From positions 45,727 through 109,726 of the forward strand of contig JAXLYI010000029.1 in the NCBI GenBank assembly GCA_046351555.1: a stretch of DNA of 64,000 bases, in the 5' to 3' direction. Each line of letters begins with the position of its first letter. Within the stretch, counting starts at the first letter, position 1. The stretch is from Polyangiales bacterium (GTDB lineage: Bacteria; Myxococcota_A; Polyangia; Polyangiales; Ga0077539). Both the position numbers and the translations under genes were made by a program. The notes beneath the pieces were generated by a model. That model was given only the letters and a program-made list of their open reading frames with translations, made no database searches and was not told where the DNA came from. Below, in pieces: positions 30,774-38,946 of this stretch.

Positions 30774-33227
30774 ATGGGAGACAACGACCGCGGCCGCGAG
30801 CGCGACCTGGTGCTCGCGCCGAACGAGTTCGCCTTCATCTCCGACGAGACGAAGGGGAACATCAACGTCTACGTCGGGCCGCACAAGACGAGCCTCGCCA
30901 ACACCGACCGGCCGGTGGTGTTCAACAACGACTCGAAGCGCTTCGACCGCTGCTCGCTGGAGCAGGCCACCCAGACGCTCGCCGTCGCCCCCGAGGGCTG
31001 GTACCTCGTCCTCAAGAACCCCGCGCGCGACGGCTCCCACCCCCGCACGGGCGCGCTCAACAACCTCCCCGACCTCAACGTCGGGCGGAAGGTCAACGTC
31101 CCTGGCCCCATCTCCTTCGCGCTCTGGCCCGGCCAGATGGTGCGCGTCATCCAGGGGCACCACCTCCGCTCCAACCAGTACCTCGTGGTGCGCGTCTACG
31201 ACGAGGAGGCCGCGCGCGCCAACTGGAAGGACGCCGTCTTCAAGCCGCAGCGGACGGGTGACGGCGCGCCCGAGCCCGAGGAGCCGCCCATCCGCCCCGA
31301 CGACCTCACCATGGGCAAGCTCATGGTCATCAAGGGGACGGAGGTGGCCTTCCACATGCCGCCGACGGGCATCGAGGTGGTGGCCGACGCGGGCGGGCGC
31401 TACGTGCGCGAGGCCGTCACGCTCGAGCGCCTCGAGTACTGCATCCTGCTCGACGAGGACGGCAACAAGCGCTTCATCCGCGGGCCCGCGGTGGTGTTCC
31501 CGCGGCCGACGGAGGGCTTCGTCGAGCGCGGCGGGGCGAGGAAGTTCCGCGCGATCGAGCTCAGCGAGACCTCGGGCATCTACGTGAAGGTGATCGCGCC
31601 CTACGAGGACGAGTCGGGCGCGCACAAGGTCGGCGAGGAGCTCTTCCTCACCGGCAAGGAGCAGATGATCTACTTCCCGCGGCCCGAGCACGCGGTGGTG
31701 AAGTACGGCGACCACGAGATCCACTACGCCATCGCGATCCCTGCGGGCGAAGGGCGCTACGTGCTCGACCGCCACACCGGGAGCATCCGCCTGGAGCGCG
31801 GGCCGTCGATCTTCCTGCCCGACCCGCGGCACCAGGTGATCATCCGCCGCGTGCTGCCGCCGCGCACGGTGTCGCTGTGGTTCCCGGGCAACGCCGACGC
31901 GCTGGCGGTGAACCAGCAGCTCGCGTCGATGAAGGAGTCGCAGGGCGAGGGCAAGCACCTCGTCGACCGGCTCCAGCAGAGCAACATCGCGCAGCGCGCC
32001 GTCGCCGCCGACGAGGCCGCGGCCGAGAAGGTGGGCCACGCCTTCGCCGGCGACGACTTCAACCGCTCGCAGACCTTCACCCGCCCCCGCACCGTCGTCC
32101 TCGACACCAAGTACGAGGGGGCCGTCTCCATCGACGTGTGGACGGGCTACGCCGTGATGGTGGTGAGCCGCTCGGGCGAGCGCAAGGTGATCGAGGGGCC
32201 GCACACGCACCTGATGGAGTACGACGAGACGCTCCAGTCGCTGGAGCTGTCGTCGGGCACGCCCAAGAGCGACGACCGGCTCGTGCGCACGGTGTACCTC
32301 CGCACGCTCAACAACAAGGTGAGCGACGCGGTGGAGGCCGAGACGCGCGACCTCTGCAAGGTGCGCCTGCTGCTCTCCTACCGGGTCAACTTCGAGGGCG
32401 ACCACGCGCGCTGGTTCAACGTCGAGAACTACGTGAAGTTCCTCTGCGACCACCTGCGCTCGCTGCTGCGGCACGCGGTGAAGCAGCACGGGGTGGAGGA
32501 CTTCTACGCCCGCGCCGCCGCGGTGGTGCGCGACGCGATCCTCGGCGGCGCCGCCGACGGCAAGCGCGCGGGCCGCTCCTTCGACGAGAACGGCATGCGC
32601 GTCTACGACGTCGAGGTGCTCGACGTCTCCCTCGGCGACGACAGCATCGCGAAGATGCTGGTCGAGGCCCAGCACGCGGCGGTGAGCGGCGCCCTCCACG
32701 TCGCCACCGAGCAGCGCAAGCTGGAGATGGTGCGCCACAGCGAGGAGACCAAGCAGCGCGTCGGCGAGATGCAGGCCGCGTCGCGCCTCGCCGAGATCGA
32801 CGCGCGCCTCCGCGAGGTGGAGCGCCAGCGCGAGCTCAGCGCCGCCGAGGCCGCCGCGGAGTCGGCCCTCGACCGCCAGCGCCACGAGTCCCGCCGCGAC
32901 GCCCAGGCGCTGATCGACGCCGTCCACGCCGCCGAGCTCGCCCGCAAGCGCGCCGAAGGGGACCAGGAGAACGAACGCGAGCGCCAGCGCCTCGAGCGCG
33001 ACCTCGCCCGCCTCGCCGCGGAGGTGCGCGCCACGGTGGAGCGGGCCGGCGCGGTGTCGCCCGACCTCGTCGCCGCGCTCCAGGCCTTCAGCGACCGCGC
33101 CCTCGCCGAGCGCATGGCCGAGAGCATGGCGCCCCTCGCGATCCTCGGGGGCGAGAGCGTCTCCGAGGTGCTCGCGCGGCTGATCCAGGGCACGCCCGCG
33201 GCCAAGGCGCTCGCGAAGAAGGCGTAG
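30774..33227 (+). CDS. Major vault protein (MVP) homolog - MVP repeat-like N-terminal region, shoulder domain, cap-helix coiled coil
   Basis: 817 aa; direct similarity to vertebrate MVP: SLELSSGTPKSD...RLLLSYRVNFEGDHARWFNVENYVKF vs human VLSLSAGRPKRP...[30 protein letters not shown]; repeated ~55-aa modules with the F/V-P-x-P...VV pattern (NKRFIRGPAVVFPRPTEGFVE, KEQMIYFPRPEHAVVKYGDHE, GPSIFLPDPRHQVII); C-terminal 150 aa Ala/Glu/Arg-rich heptad coiled coil like the MVP cap helix. Confidence 0.85.
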   Translation: MGDNDRGRERDLVLAPNEFAFISDETKGNINVYVGPHKTSLANTDRPVVFNNDSKRFDRCSLEQATQTLAVAPEGWYLVLKNPARDGSHPRTGALNNLPDLNVGRKVNVPGPISFALWPGQMVRVIQGHHLRSNQYLVVRVYDEEAARANWKDAVFKPQRTGDGAPEPEEPPIRPDDLTMGKLMVIKGTEVAFHMPPTGIEVVADAGGRYVREAVTLERLEYCILLDEDGNKRFIRGPAVVFPRPTEGFVERGGARKFRAIELSETSGIYVKVIAPYEDESGAHKVGEELFLTGKEQMIYFPRPEHAVVKYGDHEIHYAIAIPAGEGRYVLDRHTGSIRLERGPSIFLPDPRHQVIIRRVLPPRTVSLWFPGNADALAVNQQLASMKESQGEGKHLVDRLQQSNIAQRAVAADEAAAEKVGHAFAGDDFNRSQTFTRPRTVVLDTKYEGAVSIDVWTGYAVMVVSRSGERKVIEGPHTHLMEYDETLQSLELSSGTPKSDDRLVRTVYLRTLNNKVSDAVEAETRDLCKVRLLLSYRVNFEGDHARWFNVENYVKFLCDHLRSLLRHAVKQHGVEDFYARAAAVVRDAILGGAADGKRAGRSFDENGMRVYDVEVLDVSLGDDSIAKMLVEAQHAAVSGALHVATEQRKLEMVRHSEETKQRVGEMQAASRLAEIDARLREVERQRELSAAEAAAESALDRQRHESRRDAQALIDAVHAAELARKRAEGDQENERERQRLERDLARLAAEVRATVERAGAVSPDLVAALQAFSDRALAERMAESMAPLAILGGESVSEVLARLIQGTPAAKALAKKA

Positions 33228-33298
33228 CCGCACCCGAACACCAGAACCGCGCCGGGGAGTTGACCCCGGCCGCGTGTCTGGTGCTCACTCCGCGCGAG

Positions 33299-34354
33299 AT
33301 GCCTGCCCAATCTCGCGAGATCCCCGTCGAGAAGCTACACCTGGACATCCGCAACCCCCGGCTTCCCGAGGTGCTCCAGGGACGCAGCGAAGCGGAGTTG
33401 CTGCGCTTCCTCTACGAAAAAGAGGAGCTCACCGAGCTGGCTGTGTCCATGTGCGACAACGGCTTCTTCGCGCACGAGCCGCTCCTCGTGGTGAAGGCGG
33501 CGAAGGGTGGCGACGATTTCACGGTCCTCGAAGGCAACCGTCGACTCGCGACCCTCAAGATCCTCCTCGGCGACCCCATCGCGGAGGACATCCAATTCGA
33601 CGGGCTCGCGCTCGATGGGGAGCGACGCGCGGAGCTGCTTCAAGTCCCCTGCGTCGAGGTAAGCGGGCGATCGGAGATCCTGTCGTTCCTTGGCTTTCGC
33701 CACATCGAGGGGCCTCGACCTTGGAGCCCCGAAGCGAAGGCGCGGTACATCGTCGACGCAGTCGATCAGGCCGTCAAGGAGGGATCACAGCGCCCTTTTT
33801 ACGAGGTCGGTCGACGCACCGGCGGCAACACGCCGGGCGTTCGAAACCTCTACGTCGCGCTCAAGGTACTGCGGGTCGCGCGCGAGGAGCACGGGTTGGA
33901 GGTTGATCCCGTCCTCGACCAGCGCTTCGGCTTCTGGCAGCGCTGCATGAACTCCCCGGAGATTCGACAGTTCATCGGTTTCGAGAGCGCGGACGACATC
34001 GACGAGATCAAGCGGAGCCTCAAGAGGCTGCGGCCAGAGGAGTTCAAGAAGGTTCTGGACGACGTTCGCCCGGGGGGGCGCCTCAAGGACTCTCGTCAGA
34101 TCACGGAGTACGGCAAGGTTCTCGTCAACCCCGCAGCCTACGAGCGCTTCCGCGAGACCGATAGCCTGGAGGAGGCGCGTCGCGTACTCAAGGCGGACTC
34201 GATCGTTGCCCGTGTGACACAGCTTCAACATGACTGTGAGAAGGTCGGCCAGGAGATCAACGGACTGGAGTCCATCGACGATCCCCTGCGTCAGGCCGTC
34301 AGCCGACTGCAGCGTGTGGTGAAGGGCATGTGGGCCGCCGTCAAGGAGGATTGA
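33299..34354 (+). CDS. ParB/Sulfiredoxin-like nuclease/NTPase-domain protein (DUF262/GmrS-like or DndB/DpdB-like)
   Basis: 351 aa in-frame tail of ORF 31877..34354; N-terminal ParB-type motif FTVLEGNRRLATLKIL (xGxRRxxA); gene has reduced GC and atypical codons (aaa, cgt, cga, tca, gat) versus flanks. Confidence 0.65.
   Translation: MPAQSREIPVEKLHLDIRNPRLPEVLQGRSEAELLRFLYEKEELTELAVSMCDNGFFAHEPLLVVKAAKGGDDFTVLEGNRRLATLKILLGDPIAEDIQFDGLALDGERRAELLQVPCVEVSGRSEILSFLGFRHIEGPRPWSPEAKARYIVDAVDQAVKEGSQRPFYEVGRRTGGNTPGVRNLYVALKVLRVAREEHGLEVDPVLDQRFGFWQRCMNSPEIRQFIGFESADDIDEIKRSLKRLRPEEFKKVLDDVRPGGRLKDSRQITEYGKVLVNPAAYERFRETDSLEEARRVLKADSIVARVTQLQHDCEKVGQEINGLESIDDPLRQAVSRLQRVVKGMWAAVKED
34343..34350 (+). 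promoter_or_regulatory. Strong Shine-Dalgarno (AAGGAGGA) for island gene 2
   Basis: AAGGAGGA 6 nt upstream of GTG 34357, inside the 3' end of the ParB-like gene (translational coupling). Confidence 0.55.
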
Positions 34355-34356
34355 GC

Positions 34357-35328
34357 GTGTCACCGATCCCTCCTCGCATCGATGCCGATGCTGTGGCTGA
34401 GCGACGTCCCATGCTTGCCGACCTCGTGGAGCAGGAGGTGTTGCGTGGCGGAAAGATGTCTCGCGCAAGGCTCGCAACATGGATCCGGAAAGCAGGCGTT
34501 ATCCGTCAACTCGCCGAGACCTATGAAGCCGACCGCCCTGAGATAGATCCCGCGGATGGTGAGGACGATCGAGCGGATGGCGCCGAGCCTGGCCCTCACG
34601 ACGTGGCAGATGAGGCCGCAGGGCGTGTGTTCGATCAACTCACGGAGCGGGCGCGGTGCTTGGCAGAACGATACCCATTTGCACTCACCGCCAGCGGTGA
34701 GTTGCGGCGAGCGGCTGGAGCTGCTCTGGGCTGGTATGACTTCTTGCTCGCACTGTCGGTTGCGCATCGCTACGCAGTCCCGGTTGAAGGGGTCCAGCTC
34801 GATCGCCTCTTCGAGCGCCTCGTAGCGAGCTGCCTGCCGAAACTCGGCTTCCAGGTCAAGCACTTCGGCACCGCGGCGACGCGATCGGGAGGCCCCATCG
34901 AACGCATCGATGCAGCCGCGAGGGAGTTGCGGCTGTTGCCACGCTGGCAAGGCAACCGCTCTCTGATTCGACGCCGCGCCAACGATGCTGGTGTCGATGC
35001 ATTAGGCCGGCTAGGAGCGGGTGATGGCAGGCCCGGGGACTGGGTGCTACTCGCGCAGACCACCGTCGCCCGGAGTGACGACTGGAACGCGAAAGCGTCG
35101 GAGGCGTTGCACTCTCCACTCCACAAAATCTTTGACGACCACCCGAGGGTGGCTGCCCTCGCGGTTCCCTATCACGTCGCAACGGAACGTTTGCTCGACT
35201 TGACACGCAACTACGAGATCGTCGTGTTCGATCGACTGCGCCTGACGCTGCTGCTCGACGCGAGGCCAACGAGCGATGGCGCGACGCTGTGCGAGGCAGT
35301 CCGCTCCGTCGAATTCGAGTGGAGCTGA
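34357..35328 (+). CDS. Hypothetical protein, island gene 2 (possible PD-(D/E)XK/Mrr-like nuclease partner)
   Basis: ~323 aa from GTG 34357 (ORF 34330..35328); lowest GC in window with ttg/cgt/gga/tat/att codons; weak motif DAGVDALGRL...GDWVLLAQ reminiscent of Mrr_cat D-G-x-(I/V)-D-G...D-(V/I)-x-x-x-Q-x-K core but catalytic Lys not conserved. Confidence 0.5.
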   Translation: MSPIPPRIDADAVAERRPMLADLVEQEVLRGGKMSRARLATWIRKAGVIRQLAETYEADRPEIDPADGEDDRADGAEPGPHDVADEAAGRVFDQLTERARCLAERYPFALTASGELRRAAGAALGWYDFLLALSVAHRYAVPVEGVQLDRLFERLVASCLPKLGFQVKHFGTAATRSGGPIERIDAAARELRLLPRWQGNRSLIRRRANDAGVDALGRLGAGDGRPGDWVLLAQTTVARSDDWNAKASEALHSPLHKIFDDHPRVAALAVPYHVATERLLDLTRNYEIVVFDRLRLTLLLDARPTSDGATLCEAVRSVEFEWS

Positions 35329-35331
35329 TGC

Positions 35332-36591
35332 GTGGCTGACGGCCAGTCCAAGCCACTGTCGGGTGAGCAGCGCAGCACCGTTCAAGACGCACCGCTGCGG
35401 AGCATGGTGTCGCTCTTCTCGGGCGTCGGGGGGCTCGACGTCGGCCTGGAGCACGCAGGCTATCAGGTGCGCTGGTGTGTCGAGCACAATGAGACGGCAC
35501 GGCGAGCGCTCAACGCTCTGCACCCCGAATGGCCGCTCGATCCCGAAGGGGACGTGAGCCGGGTGGACGCGCGGGGATGGATGAAGTCAGTGGGACTCCG
35601 TGCCGGGGACCTCGACCTGCTCGCCGCTGGCCCACCCTGCCAGCCCTTCTCACACGCGAGCGCGTGGCGGCAGGCACCGAGCCGCATCGATGACGATCGC
35701 GTCGAGCCGTTTCGCGCGCTGTTCCGCACGGTAGCGGCGCAGCTCAAGCCGCGGGTGATCCTCCTCGAGAACGTACCTTCCCTCGGCAATGAGGCCGGGC
35801 AGCGCTGGCTCCGCGCGTGGTTTCAACGGCTCAACAAGGCCGCGGGCACCGCCTATTCCCCCTCCTTCGTCACCCTCAACGCCGTCGAGCACGGTGTGCC
35901 TCAATGCCGGCGTCGTCTGTTCATCGTTGCAGAACGTAGCGGGCGATCGTTTGCCGCGCCCGCCGCCACACACCACCCGCCCGAGGCCATCCCCCCCGGA
36001 GGCCGCCGCTACGTGACCGCGTGGGACGCTATCGGCACCCTCGAAGATGATCCTGATCCGAGGCTGCGATGCACCGGCCGTTGGGCCGATCTGCTCCCCT
36101 CCATCCCCGAGGGCTTGAACTACTACCACCACACCCCTCAGGGTGAGGGGCTTCCCCTCTTCGGTTACCGTACACGGTACTGGAGCTTCCTCCTCAAGCT
36201 CGCGAAAGATCGCCCTGCCTGGACCCTCCCCGCAAGCCCCGGCCCCGCAACTGGCCCCTTCCATTGGAAGAGCCGCAAGCTCTCTGCGCGCGAACTCGCC
36301 GCGCTCCAGACGATTCCACTTCCGCACGCTCTTGACCTCCCGCTCCATGTCGCGCAGCGCCTGCTTGGCAATGCGGTTCCGGGCGCGCTCGGAGAGCTGA
36401 TGGGATTCCAAGTTCGCACTCAACTCTTCGGCGAAACTCTATCCTGGCAACCTCGCCTCGTCCCGGCACCACGCAACGACTGCCCGGCCCCCATGCCTCC
36501 TGCGCCCGTCCCCTCACGCTTCGCCATCGCCCGTTCCGCGCCCGAAGCTCACCCCGGTGCCGGACGAGGCCCGCGCCCCTGGCAGCGCTGA
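35332..36591 (+). CDS. dcm: DNA (cytosine-5)-methyltransferase
   Basis: 419 aa; motif I LFSGVGG, motif IV PPCQPFS, motif VI ENVPSL, motif VIII QCRRRLFIV; start 4 nt after gene 2 stop (alt start ATG 35404 at MVSLFSGVGG). Confidence 0.9.
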   Translation: MADGQSKPLSGEQRSTVQDAPLRSMVSLFSGVGGLDVGLEHAGYQVRWCVEHNETARRALNALHPEWPLDPEGDVSRVDARGWMKSVGLRAGDLDLLAAGPPCQPFSHASAWRQAPSRIDDDRVEPFRALFRTVAAQLKPRVILLENVPSLGNEAGQRWLRAWFQRLNKAAGTAYSPSFVTLNAVEHGVPQCRRRLFIVAERSGRSFAAPAATHHPPEAIPPGGRRYVTAWDAIGTLEDDPDPRLRCTGRWADLLPSIPEGLNYYHHTPQGEGLPLFGYRTRYWSFLLKLAKDRPAWTLPASPGPATGPFHWKSRKLSARELAALQTIPLPHALDLPLHVAQRLLGNAVPGALGELMGFQVRTQLFGETLSWQPRLVPAPRNDCPAPMPPAPVPSRFAIARSAPEAHPGAGRGPRPWQR

Positions 36592-36637
36592 CGAGCGCCC
36601 CATTGCCCCCCCGCGCGCGGCGCCTTACAGCACCGCG

Positions 36638-38341
36638 ATGCTCGCAGCCCTCACCGCCAACGCCGTCCGCGGCGCCTTCTACCCCCTCCTCCTCGCCCGC
36701 CGCGGGTCGCTGGTGCCGAAGGGCGCCTGGGTCGAGCTCACCCTCGACGGCCCCGTCACCGAGCTCGAGCGCCCGATGCGCCGCTTCCGCTCGCCGCGCG
36801 AGCTGCTCATGGGCGGGCCCGCGGCGAAGCCCCCCACCACCGTCGCCGCCGTCCGCGAGCTCTGCGAGGCGATCGCGGAGGACGGCGACGTCGGCGGGCT
36901 CCTCCTCACCGTGCGCAACGTCGGCTGCGGGTCGGCCGTCGCCACCAGCCTCCGCGACGCGTTCCTCGCGCTGCGGGCCGCGGGCAAGAAGGTGGTCGCG
37001 TGGCTCCCCGACGGCGCCTCGACGCGCGAGTACGTCGTCGCCGTCGCCGCGGACAAGGTGCTCGCCACCCCGCAGGCCACCGTCGCGCCGCTCGGCTACG
37101 CCGCGGGGATGACCTTCCTCCGCTCGCTCCTCGCGCGCGGGGGCGTCGAGGCCGAGGTGTTCGCCCGGCGCGAGTACAAGAGCGCGGCCGAGGCCTTCAC
37201 GCGCGACTCGTTCTCCGAGGCCAACCGCCGGCAGACGGAGGCGCTCCTCGACCGCGCGTACGAGGCCGCCGTCCGCGCGATCGCCGAGGGCCGCAAGGTC
37301 GACCCCGACCGCGCCCGCCGCGCCATCAACGAGGGCCCCTGGCGCGCGCCCGACGCCGTCCGCGAGGGCCTGCTCGACGCGACCGCCTACGACGACGAGC
37401 TCGCCACTCACCTCGACAACGCGCCCAAGCGCGTGCCCGCGCGCGCGTACCTCGCCCTCGCCCGCGCGATGCGCTTCCGCCCGCTCGGGGCCGAGCGCCG
37501 CGTCGGCGTGGTGGAGGTGCGCGGTCCCATCGTCTCCGAGGCGGGGATGGCCTTCGGCGCGGTGGCCGACGCCCGCCGCATCACCGGCGCCCTCCGCGCC
37601 GCGCGCGAAGACCGCTCGCTCGGCGCGGTGGTTCTCCACGTCGACACGCGCGGCGGGAGCGCGCTCGCCAGCGACGTGATCGCCCGCGAGGTCGAGCGCC
37701 TCCGCGAGAAGAAGCCCGTCGTCGCGTACTTCGCCGACGTCGCCGCGTCGGGCGGGTACTACGTGTCCGCCCTCGCCCGCGAGATCGTCGCGCAGCCGCT
37801 GACGGTGACGGGCTCCATCGGCGTGATCGCGCTGCGGCTCACGGCGTCGCGCGCGCTGGAGAAGGTCGGCGTGAACCACGAGGTGATCCGCCGGGGCGAG
37901 CGGGCCGACCTCGGCTCGCCCTTCCGCGCGCTCGACGACGGCGACCGGGCGGCCTTCGACCGCGAGATCGACGGGCTCTACGACGACTTCGTCGGCGTCG
38001 TGGCGCGCGGCCGCGGGCGCCCCGCGGGCGAGGTGGAGCCGCTCGCGCGTGGCCGGGTGTACGCCGGCGTCGACGCACACGCGGTGGGCCTCGTCGACCA
38101 CCTCGGCGGGCTCGACGTCGCCCTCGCCCGCGCCCGGGCCCTCGACGGCGGCCGCTTCGCCCCCGAGCCCGTGGTGGTGACGCCCCCGCGCCACACGCCG
38201 CCCCCCGCGGAGGCGCCCGCGCCCGTCCGCGCCGCGCTGGCGGCCTTCGGCGACGCCGCGGGCTCGCTCGACCTGCTCACGCTGCTGCTGTCGTCACCGC
38301 ACGACCACCTGTTCGCGTGGGAAGACGCGCCGGGGCTGTGA
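36638..38341 (+). CDS. sppA: Signal peptide peptidase SppA (protease IV, 67K type, tandem ClpP/crotonase-fold domains)
   Basis: 568 aa from M28 of ORF 36557..38341; two S49 repeats, catalytic Ser/Lys region in second repeat (ADVAASGGYYVS...). Confidence 0.8.
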   Translation: MLAALTANAVRGAFYPLLLARRGSLVPKGAWVELTLDGPVTELERPMRRFRSPRELLMGGPAAKPPTTVAAVRELCEAIAEDGDVGGLLLTVRNVGCGSAVATSLRDAFLALRAAGKKVVAWLPDGASTREYVVAVAADKVLATPQATVAPLGYAAGMTFLRSLLARGGVEAEVFARREYKSAAEAFTRDSFSEANRRQTEALLDRAYEAAVRAIAEGRKVDPDRARRAINEGPWRAPDAVREGLLDATAYDDELATHLDNAPKRVPARAYLALARAMRFRPLGAERRVGVVEVRGPIVSEAGMAFGAVADARRITGALRAAREDRSLGAVVLHVDTRGGSALASDVIAREVERLREKKPVVAYFADVAASGGYYVSALAREIVAQPLTVTGSIGVIALRLTASRALEKVGVNHEVIRRGERADLGSPFRALDDGDRAAFDREIDGLYDDFVGVVARGRGRPAGEVEPLARGRVYAGVDAHAVGLVDHLGGLDVALARARALDGGRFAPEPVVVTPPRHTPPPAEAPAPVRAALAAFGDAAGSLDLLTLLLSSPHDHLFAWEDAPGL

Positions 38342-38902
38342 CTACCGCCGCACGGCGTCGAAGGCGTAGGTGACCTCGCAGGGGAGCTGCGTGTACTGCC
38401 CCTCGGCCGCGCCCAGGATGGCCCGGCAGTCCCCCGCCGCGACGCCGTACGTGATGGTCTCGGTCGCGGTGAACGACCGCACCTGCGTCGCGCCGGCGTC
38501 CGCGGACCCCGCGTCGGGCACGCCGCCGTCGGCGCCGCCGGCCATCTCGACCACGCCCTCGATCACGTCGCTCCGGCGCAGCGTGCAGCCGACGATCTCG
38601 CGGCGCCGGTCGGGCGCCCACGCGACGACGTCCTCCTCCTGAAACAAGCGGAAGGAGCGGGCGGGGCCGTTCCAGACGCCGCGGGTGACGGAGGAGTTGG
38701 CGGGCGTCCAACTGAGCGCGCCCTGCCCGGTGAGCTGGAGGCTCACGTCGAACTCCGCGCGCTGGAAGTACGCGTTCGACTGCGGGCCGCAGGTGGCGGT
38801 GCGCCGCGTGGCGACGACGCGGAAGGTGCCGAGCTCGACCGGCTCGGGGCCGAGGCACGCGCAGAGCAGGGCAGACGCGAGGAGGGCGCGGCGGAGGAGC
38901 AT
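38342..38902 (-). CDS. Hypothetical lipoprotein
   Basis: 186 aa C-terminal part of ORF 38342..40291 starting MLLRRALLASALLCACLG (lipobox); GC3-rich. Confidence 0.55.
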   Translation of the reverse strand: MLLRRALLASALLCACLGPEPVELGTFRVVATRRTATCGPQSNAYFQRAEFDVSLQLTGQGALSWTPANSSVTRGVWNGPARSFRLFQEEDVVAWAPDRRREIVGCTLRRSDVIEGVVEMAGGADGGVPDAGSADAGATQVRSFTATETITYGVAAGDCRAILGAAEGQYTQLPCEVTYAFDAVRR

Positions 38903-38946
38903 GGAGGGCTCGTACGGGATCGCCCCGCGCCGAAGCAACTTTCCGA

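Noticed and set aside
33299-34354. Calling the ParB-like protein a chromosome-partitioning ParB
   Set aside because: No ParA partner, no HTH/dimerisation C-terminal domain recognisable, and foreign composition. Fits ParB/Srx-fold nuclease or NTPase better.
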